From IMG/VR virus record IMGVR_UViG_2734482588_000007: 4,508 nucleotides of DNA; one strand, given 5' to 3'. The notes under the pieces are model-generated. The model was given only the letters and a program-made list of their open reading frames with translations, was not told the DNA's origin and did no database searches. A program made the translations under genes and the position numbers. Positions 1 through 4,508 of this stretch are shown piece after piece. Source of the DNA: a virus. Lineage: Duplodnaviria; Heunggongvirae; Uroviricota; Caudoviricetes. Each line of letters begins with the position of its first letter. The first letter of the stretch is position 1.

Positions 1-61
1 GAACCGTTCTGACAGCTTCGGCTTTGAACTCTTTAGAGTAACGTTGGGTTTTTCTGCTCAT
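1..61 (-). CDS. IS3-family transposase OrfA, N-terminal 20 codons only (gene continues beyond the left window edge)
   Basis: Reverse complement of 1-61 reads ATG AGC AGA AAA ACC CAA CGT TAC TCT AAA GAG TTC AAA GCC GAA GCT GTC AGA ACG GTT = MSRKTQRYSKEFKAEAVRTV. The Y-S-x-E-F-K-x-E-A-V motif is the typical N-terminus of IS3-family OrfA (HTH) proteins; from memory it resembles IS600-type OrfA. A strong SD (minus-strand AGAAGGAG, plus 69-76) sits about 8 nt upstream of the ATG (plus 59-61). Partial, so absent from the ORF track. Confidence 0.6.
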   Translation of the reverse strand, partial: MSRKTQRYSKEFKAEAVRTV

Positions 62-125
62 TATTAGCTCCTTCTGATGCCATTCTATTTCAGGAAGGAG
101 TGTCCGTTAAACTCAGGCTACCTCA
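1..125 (-). mobile_element. Partial IS3-family insertion sequence (left end: terminal repeat, orfA leader and orfA start); boundary approximate
   Basis: About 64 nt lie between the orfA ATG and a candidate terminus. The minus strand read from position 125 begins TGAGGTAGCCTGAGTTTAACGGACAC, which has the TGA-start, CTGA-TTT-containing style of IS3-family terminal inverted repeats. An alternative end is TGAGTTTAACGG from position 115. The other IS end is outside the window, so the inverted repeat and target duplication cannot be confirmed. Confidence 0.45.
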
Positions 126-802
126 GGTTATTCGCTTCTGGGCATGGGCGGATCAACAAATGATAGACGGTAATGCAGATTGTAACGCTCGCGGCGTTAC
201 AAAAAGTGCAATAGATCGCATCACTTTTATGTCTGGTTTTGCTGATGCGTTAATTCAGGTTGGATGGCTGGTCGAAAATGACGGAGGGCTTTCTCTACCT
301 AACTTTGAACGTCATAACGGAAAAAGCTCTAAAAAAAACGGGCGGTTACAAACGAGCGAGTAACAAAAATACGCGAACTGAAACGAAAAGGTAACGCTGC
401 CAGCGTTACACAAACGGATCAAAAAGCGTTACCAGAGGAAGAGGAAGAGGAAGATCTAAATACTGATCTCCCCCTCGCCAAAAACGAGCGTCTAAAAAAT
501 TCGAGCCGGAGGCTATTGAGCTGCCCGATTGGTTGCCGGAAACACTCTGGCATGAGTGGGTCCGGTTCAGACAGGCATTGCGAAAACCGATTCGAACGGA
601 GCAGGGCGCTAACGGGGCGATACGGGAACTGGAAAAATTCCGTCAGCAGGGTTTTACACCTGAGCAGGTGATTCGACACAGCATCGCCAATGAATACCAG
701 GGCCTGTTCGCGCCGAAAGGTGTTCGGCCTGAGACGTTGCTCCGACAGGTTAACACCGTCTCGTTGCCGGACAGTGCGATCCCGCCAGGCTTCAGGGGGT
801 AA
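126..802 (+). pseudogene. Phage replication initiator (replisome organiser) with DnaT-like C-terminal domain; 5'-truncated by the IS and interrupted by two -1 frameshifts
   Basis: Protein-like coding runs in frame 1 (126-339, VIRFWAWADQQMIDGNADCNARGV...HNGKSSKK), then frame 3 (333-~497, RAVTNERVTKIRELKRKG...EEEEEEDLNTDLPLAKNERLK), then frame 2 (~497-802, FEPEAIELPDWLPETLWHEW...). The C-terminus VNTVSLPDSAIPPGFRG* closely matches the E. coli DnaT C-terminus as I recall it (NTVSEPDSQIPPGFRG). Frame switches coincide with A8 (331-338) and A6 (494-499). The gene sits directly upstream of a DnaC-like gene, as in the host dnaT-dnaC arrangement. No valid start: the ORF-track GTG at 100 lies inside the IS end and abuts the SD-like sequence. 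Confidence 0.6.
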
Positions 803-808
803 CGGACC

Positions 809-1555
809 ATGAAAAATATTGCGACAGGCGGCGTTCTGGAACGCATCCGCCGACTGACCCCGCCACATGTAACCGCCCCATTCAGAACGGTAGCGGAGTG
901 GCGCGAGTGGCAACTTGCTGAAGGCCAGAAACGTAGCGAGGAGATCAACCGCCTGAATCGCCAGTTGCGGGTGGAAAAAATTCTGAATCGCTCAGGCATC
1001 CAGCCGTTGCACCGTAAATGCTCGTTTGCGAATTACCAGGTGCAGAACGACGGCCAGCGATACGCGTTAAGCCAGGCGAAATCCATCGCCGATGAACTGA
1101 TGACCGGGTGTACAAATTTTGCGTTCAGCGGAAAACCTGGTACCGGGAAGAATCACTTAGCGGCAGCTATCGGGAATCGCCTGCTGAAAGACGGTCAGAC
1201 AGTGATTGTGGTTACCGTGGCTGATGTTATGAGCGCCCTGCACGCCAGCTATGACGACGGGCAGTCAGGCGAAAAATTTTTGCGGGAGCTGTGCGAAGTG
1301 GATCTGCTGGTTCTTGATGAAATTGGCATTCAGCGCGAGACGAAAAACGAGCAGGTGGTGCTGCACCAGATTGTTGATCGCCGGACAGCGTCGATGCGCA
1401 GCGTGGGGATGCTGACAAACCTGAACTATGAGGTGATGAAAACATTGCTCGGCGAGCGGGTGATGGATCGCATGGTCATGAACGGCGGGCGCTGGGTGAA
1501 TTTTAACTGGGAGAGCTGGCGTCCGAATGTTAGCCATTCGAGGGTTGTTAAGTAG
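809..1555 (+). CDS. dnaC: DnaC-like replicative helicase loader (AAA+ ATPase), prophage paralog
   Basis: 248-aa ORF with SD AGGGGG (794-799) 9 nt upstream of ATG 809. Walker A GKPGTGKNHLAAAIG and Walker B DLLVLDEIG are present. Roughly 50% identical by eye across the full length to E. coli DnaC as recalled (MKN...P.H..P.F.T...NRSGI.PLH..CSF.NY.V...GQ..ALS.A...FSGKPGTGKNHLAAAI...TVAD.MSA...DLLV.DEIG.Q.E.K.E.V...QIVDRR....R..GMLTN.N...M..LLGERVMDRM.....WV.FNW.S.R), with the same length. Confidence 0.9.
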   Translation: MKNIATGGVLERIRRLTPPHVTAPFRTVAEWREWQLAEGQKRSEEINRLNRQLRVEKILNRSGIQPLHRKCSFANYQVQNDGQRYALSQAKSIADELMTGCTNFAFSGKPGTGKNHLAAAIGNRLLKDGQTVIVVTVADVMSALHASYDDGQSGEKFLRELCEVDLLVLDEIGIQRETKNEQVVLHQIVDRRTASMRSVGMLTNLNYEVMKTLLGERVMDRMVMNGGRWVNFNWESWRPNVSHSRVVK

Positions 1556-1569
1556 TTTCAGGAGGATTT

Positions 1570-1992
1570 ATGGCGAAACCTTTTACTCCCGAACAGCGGG
1601 AAGAACTGAAGACGCGAATTGTGGAACTCGTGCATCAGGACGGTCGGGTCACGATTCGGCAGTTGTCAGATGAAACAGGTATCAGTCGTGCGTCTGTCGG
1701 TCGCTTATGCATAGAACTGGTCGCAAGTGGTGATGTATATAATTCTGGCTACGGCTTATTCCCGTCTGAACAGGCTCGCAAGGACTGGCAAAGCGCCCGC
1801 AAAAAACTCTCGAGAGTAAAGGTGAGGAAACCGGTTGTTGTTGATCCGGACCTTATCTGGTCATTACCTGACGGAGAAATACGCCGCTACGACAGGCGCC
1901 TGAATATAATCTGTCGCGAGTGCCGGAAGAGCGAAGCTATGCAGCGTGTACTGGCTTTCTATCAGGGTAATTTTCAGGAGGCGATACTGTGA
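1570..1992 (+). CDS. Hypothetical small HTH protein, tentatively Ren-like
   Basis: 140-aa ORF with SD GGAGG (1561-1565) 4 nt before ATG 1570. Predicted helix-turn-helix segment RVTIRQLSDETGISRASVGRLCIELVASGDV. The C-terminal motif ECRKSEAMQRVLAFYQG resembles the lambda Ren C-terminus as I recall it (ECRQSAAMKRVLAVYG), and the gene sits immediately after the P/DnaC-like gene as ren does in lambda. The family assignment is from memory and unverified. Confidence 0.6.
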   Translation: MAKPFTPEQREELKTRIVELVHQDGRVTIRQLSDETGISRASVGRLCIELVASGDVYNSGYGLFPSEQARKDWQSARKKLSRVKVRKPVVVDPDLIWSLPDGEIRRYDRRLNIICRECRKSEAMQRVLAFYQGNFQEAIL

Positions 1993-2406
1993 ATGAAATT
2001 AGCTATCAGGCTTCAATTACCGCTGGCATTCGCATCAAAGGAGAGGAGCATGGAAATAAAACCAGAAGATGAGTTAAGCAATATCGTTTTATTTCCGGTA
2101 AAAGAGGATGACCCTCGTAATCAGGTTAATTTTCTTTATGAGCCATCGGAAAGACCATATTGCCATCACGCCTCTGTACGGGTTGACGAAAAAGAGCGTC
2201 AGGTCCGCTGTAAAATCTGCGGTGCGGTTGTGGAGCCGTTTGACTGGATGCTCTCTGTGGCAAAAAGAGAAACCAGACTGGCAGATGATGTAAGGCTATT
2301 GCGCCAGGAGGAACAGGAAAGGCGGAGAAATATAGAAAAGCTGATACAGATTGAGCGTAACGCGAAAGCGCGGATACGCAGGGCGACAAAATCCAGAACT
2401 GAATAA
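1993..2406 (+). CDS. Hypothetical Cys/His-rich (putative zinc-ribbon) protein with basic coiled-coil C-terminus; alternative start at 2050
   Basis: ATG 1993 overlaps the upstream stop (TGAATG at 1990-1995), suggesting translational coupling. An internal ATG at 2050 has a stronger SD (AAAGGAGAGGAG, 2037-2047). Contains C-H-H...C-x2-C (YCHHASVRVDEKERQVRCKICG) followed by a charged helical tail (LLRQEEQERRRNIEKLIQIERNAKARIRR). No family recognised. Confidence 0.5.
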   Translation: MKLAIRLQLPLAFASKERSMEIKPEDELSNIVLFPVKEDDPRNQVNFLYEPSERPYCHHASVRVDEKERQVRCKICGAVVEPFDWMLSVAKRETRLADDVRLLRQEEQERRRNIEKLIQIERNAKARIRRATKSRTE

Positions 2407-2511
2407 TTAAATTTAGCACTGTTAAAAATTTAATCCTTAACCGGAGGGATTTCTGCACCCTCAAATCATCAGGAGACCACCCGAAAGGGCGGGGAGCAGT
2501 CACACATCTGT

Positions 2512-2540
2512 TTCCGATAGCCCCGTTCTAATGCTACACT
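2512..2540 (+). promoter_or_regulatory. Candidate sigma70 promoter with extended -10 upstream of the queH-like gene
   Basis: -35-like TTCCGA (2512-2517), 14-nt spacer, then TG-n-TACACT (2532-2540), i.e. an extended -10 pattern. The predicted start site would lie only a few nt before ATG 2554, and there is no recognisable SD upstream of that ATG. Weak match, sequence-only. Confidence 0.2.
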
Positions 2541-2553
2541 CTTTGATATTTTT

Positions 2554-3240
2554 ATGACCCCAATAAACATATTTATGACAGTTGCTGATTTCAAACGGCC
2601 CAAATTGGAGCTCCCAAACGGGGCAAACAAACTACTACTGCACTCTTGCTGTGCTCCATGTTCCGGTGAGGTGATGGAGGCGCTTCAGGCCTCGGGAATC
2701 GACTACACCATCTTTTTCTACAACCCGAACATTCATCCTCAGAAAGAGTATTTAATTCGTAAGGATGAGAATATTCGCTTTGCTGAACAACACGGCGTGC
2801 CGTTTATTGATGCTGATTACGACACAGACAACTGGTTTGAACGAGCCAAAGGAATGGAATGGGAGCCCGAACGAGGGATCCGTTGCACCATGTGTTTTGA
2901 CATGCGTTTTGAGCGGACAGCGCTGTACGCCGCTGAAAATGGTTTCAGTGTGATCAGCAGTTCACTGGGCATTTCACGCTGGAAAAATATGCAGCAGGTT
3001 AACGACTGTGGGCGGCGAGCCGTCGCGCATTATCCGGGCATGGTGTACTGGGATTATAACTGGCGCAAGCAGGGCGGCTCGTCCCGTATGATTGAAATCA
3101 GCAAGCGCGAAAAATTCTATCAGCAGGAATATTGTGGCTGTGTGTATTCTCTGCGCGATACCAATCTACACCGCAAATCTCAGGGACGCCCTCTTATCAA
3201 AATTGGTCAACTCCACTACGGTAAAGAAGAGAAGGAGTGA
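2554..3240 (+). CDS. queH: QueH-like epoxyqueuosine reductase (DUF208 family)
   Basis: 228-aa ORF carrying the N-terminal motif [12 protein letters not shown] (nt ~2634-2667) and a downstream YCGC motif (nt ~3129-3140). Size and cysteine pattern match the QueH/DUF208 family as I know it. Start could alternatively be ATG 2575; neither start has a clear SD. Confidence 0.8.
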   Translation: MTPINIFMTVADFKRPKLELPNGANKLLLHSCCAPCSGEVMEALQASGIDYTIFFYNPNIHPQKEYLIRKDENIRFAEQHGVPFIDADYDTDNWFERAKGMEWEPERGIRCTMCFDMRFERTALYAAENGFSVISSSLGISRWKNMQQVNDCGRRAVAHYPGMVYWDYNWRKQGGSSRMIEISKREKFYQQEYCGCVYSLRDTNLHRKSQGRPLIKIGQLHYGKEEKE

Positions 3241-3266
3241 TTTTATGGGGCACCTTTCTGATTGAT

Positions 3267-3582
3267 NNNNNNNNNNNNNNNNNNNNNNNNNNNNNNNNNN
3301 NNNNNNNNNNNNNNNNNNNNNNNNNNNNNNNNNNNNNNNNNNNNNNNNNNNNNNNNNNNNNNNNNNNNNNNNNNNNNNNNNNNNNNNNNNNNNNNNNNNN
3401 NNNNNNNNNNNNNNNNNNNNNNNNNNNNNNNNNNNNNNNNNNNNNNNNNNNNNNNNNNNNNNNNNNNNNNNNNNNNNNNNNNNNNNNNNNNNNNNNNNNN
3501 NNNNNNNNNNNNNNNNNNNNNNNNNNNNNNNNNNNNNNNNNNNNNNNNNNNNNNNNNNNNNNNNNNNNNNNNNNNNNNNNNN
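3267..3582. other. Run of 316 N (assembly gap or masked sequence); content unknown
   Basis: Uninterrupted n characters from 3267 to 3582. Every ORF-track entry spanning this region (poly-X translations) is an artefact. Confidence 0.99.
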
Positions 3583-3606
3583 CATCCTCAACGCACCCGC
3601 ACTTAA

Positions 3607-3649
3607 CCCGCCCATCGCTGTGATCTCTCAGCGTTTCGGCGGGTTTTTT
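3607..3649 (+). terminator. Rho-independent terminator candidate (plus-strand orientation)
   Basis: Two-part GC-rich stem: CCCGCC (3607-3612) pairs with GGCGGG (3638-3643), and CGCTG (3616-3620) pairs with CAGCG (3629-3633), around an 8-nt loop. It is followed by TTTTTT (3644-3649) and further T-rich sequence. No T-run follows on the minus strand. Confidence 0.5.
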
Positions 3650-3669
3650 GTTGTTTATTTCCGGTGAAT

Positions 3670-3697
3670 TTGATTCGCGCACCTTCGCAGATAGAAT
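3670..3697 (+). promoter_or_regulatory. Candidate sigma70 promoter
   Basis: TTGATT (3670-3675), 16-nt spacer, TAGAAT (3692-3697). It lies just downstream of the terminator and about 80 nt upstream of ATG 3779. Confidence 0.3.
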
Positions 3698-3778
3698 CGA
3701 CTCACTTAAGTAGCGCGCAGGGAGAAGAGGGATGGACCCCGAACAGGGGAGAGCTATTTATCTGGAAGGATTCTGAAG

Positions 3779-4066
3779 ATGAAAATCGAAGAATTGCGTG
3801 AAATTTTTAGTGAAAATGGCCTCTATGCTGTGCGCGTTGAGAATGGAGCGATTGTCAGCCATTGCCGCATTAGATGTTTGCAATCTCAACAAAGGAAGAG
3901 CGGTGCTGTGTTATTTTATTTTTGTAATGGACTTCTGACGGACGGTTTTATTTTGCGTGAGGACGAATTTGTCACATCATTACGGGTTTTGAAAGAGATT
4001 GGTTTTAAGGCTGGTTTTCTGCTTTTGCTGAAGAATAAACTCATCTACAATCTTGAGCAGGATTGA
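3779..4066 (+). CDS. Hypothetical small protein (95 aa)
   Basis: ORF with SD-like GGAAGGA (3764-3770) 8 nt before ATG 3779. The N-terminal half (MKIEELREIFSENGLYAVRVENGAIVSHCRI) looks protein-like; the C-terminal half is AT-rich and less convincing. No family recognised. Confidence 0.35.
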   Translation: MKIEELREIFSENGLYAVRVENGAIVSHCRIRCLQSQQRKSGAVLFYFCNGLLTDGFILREDEFVTSLRVLKEIGFKAGFLLLLKNKLIYNLEQD

Positions 4067-4104
4067 ACTCCTGCTGTGTAACACCGTGCCACCGGAGAAA
4101 GCCG

Positions 4105-4458
4105 ATGGCACATATACAACTGGTCAAACAAACCTCTTCCGGATTACTTCTCCCGGCGACGCCGGAGAGTTGCGATTTTCTGCATCAAATCAAAATAGGT
4201 GAGTGGATACACGCAGACTTTAAGCGTGTGTGTAACTACGCATTCCACAAGCGTTTTTTCAAACTCCTGCAACTGGGTTTCGATTACTGGACTCCGGTCG
4301 GTGGGGCGATCACGCCTCGCGAACGAAAACTGGTGTCCGGTTTCGTTGATTACCTGTGTGAATCAGTAGGCCGGGAACATACGCCAGCTCTGAGCGAAGC
4401 CGCAGAGCAATTGAGGTGTACTGGCAATAGCGGACACTACCATTTGTTCTTTTTTTAA
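4105..4458 (+). CDS. Hypothetical phage-associated protein (117 aa from ATG 4105); C-terminus possibly truncated at a T7 run
   Basis: ATG 4105 is preceded by SD GGAGA (4094-4098) with 6 nt spacing. The ORF-track TTG start at 4063 is less likely. Protein-like composition (MAHIQLVKQTSSGLLLPATPESCDFLHQIKIGEWIHADFKRV...). The ORF ends FFF* inside TTTTTTT (4450-4456). No family confidently recognised. Confidence 0.45.
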   Translation: MAHIQLVKQTSSGLLLPATPESCDFLHQIKIGEWIHADFKRVCNYAFHKRFFKLLQLGFDYWTPVGGAITPRERKLVSGFVDYLCESVGREHTPALSEAAEQLRCTGNSGHYHLFFF

Positions 4459-4508
4459 GCAGCCATCTGATGATATTTTTCCCTGAAGGCTGCCGGGGAG
4501 ATATTCCC

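Noticed and set aside
100-363. 87-aa ORF 100..363 as an independent gene with a GTG start
   Set aside because: The GTG lies inside the putative IS terminal sequence with the SD-like AGGAAGGAG directly abutting it (no spacer). The frame is better explained as the IS-truncated 5' part of the replication-initiator pseudogene.
435-452. Tandem (GAGGAA)x3 repeat
   Set aside because: It lies within the coding linker of the initiator and simply encodes an acidic EEEEEE stretch. It is not an array-type repeat or regulatory element.
533-802. 89-aa ORF 533..802 as an independent TTG-initiated gene
   Set aside because: Protein-like coding in this frame continues upstream of the TTG to about 497, and links by a single-base shift to the upstream frame. 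It is the C-terminal DnaT-like domain of the disrupted initiator.
800-811. DnaT-like and DnaC-like ORFs share a frame, separated only by TAA plus 6 nt; possible read-through fusion
   Set aside because: Same-frame spacing occurs by chance one time in three, the DnaC-like gene has its own SD and ATG, and host DnaT and DnaC are separate proteins. There is no evidence for programmed read-through.
419-999. Minus-strand ORFs 419..913 and 643..999 from the six-frame track
   Set aside because: They lie antisense to the DnaT-like and DnaC-like coding sequence, have low-complexity Ser/Arg-rich translations and no RBS. They are by-products of the GC-rich sense frame.
1227-1537. Minus-strand ORFs 1227..1445 and 1265..1537
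   Set aside because: They are entirely antisense to the well-supported DnaC-like gene and have Ala/Pro/His-rich compositions typical of spurious frames.
2407-2433. AT-rich 8-bp inverted repeat TTAAATTT…AAATTTAA downstream of the zinc-ribbon gene
   Set aside because: An A/T-only stem is too weak for a terminator and is common by chance in AT-rich intergenic DNA. It could be an operator, but there is no supporting evidence.
2477-2495. Small hairpin CCC-GAAA-GGG followed by GC-rich sequence
   Set aside because: The stem is only about 3-4 bp and there is no downstream T-run, so it is not a convincing terminator.
2108-2953. Nested ORFs 2108..2293 (+), 2126..2503 (-) and 2765..2953 (+)
   Set aside because: They overlap better-supported genes in other frames or on the opposite strand, and have no independent start signals or recognisable motifs.
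3166-3682. ORFs spanning the N-run (3166..3615 -, 3197..3682 -, 3237..3623 +, 3262..3606 +)
   Set aside because: Their translations are almost entirely X from the masked region; they are artefacts of translating N.
4459-4493. Inverted repeat GCAGCC…GGCTGC after the last ORF, and ATG 4470 as a new gene start
   Set aside because: The stem is 6 bp with a 23-nt loop and no T-run. ATG 4470 has no SD, and the open frame there is better explained as a possible continuation of the upstream ORF across the T-run.
1-4508. CRISPR array, tRNA or rRNA genes
   Set aside because: No regularly spaced direct repeats and no cloverleaf-compatible or rRNA-like segments were seen in the readable sequence. The 316-nt gap cannot be assessed.

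Overview
This window looks like the replication / nin-like early region of a lambdoid prophage in an enterobacterial (E. coli/Shigella-like) genome. All calls are made by eye from the sequence and recalled family motifs; no database search was run. Left to right: (1) the start of an IS3-family transposase orfA on the minus strand, running off the left edge, with the IS end near 115-125; (2) a phage replication-initiator gene with a DnaT-like C-terminal domain that is 5'-truncated by the IS and broken by two -1 frameshifts, each at a poly-A run; (3) an intact DnaC-like helicase-loader gene; (4) two small coupled genes, an HTH protein (possibly Ren-like) and a Cys/His-rich coiled-coil protein; (5) a QueH-like (DUF208) epoxyqueuosine reductase gene, which is unusual cargo for this position; (6) a 316-nt run of N; (7) a rho-independent terminator followed by a sigma70-like promoter; (8) two small hypothetical ORFs, the last ending in a T7 homopolymer. 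No rRNA, tRNA or CRISPR array is visible. The most interesting signals are the QueH-like gene inside the prophage, the IS-disrupted and frameshifted replication initiator next to an intact DnaC-like gene, and the uncharacterised small-gene pair.
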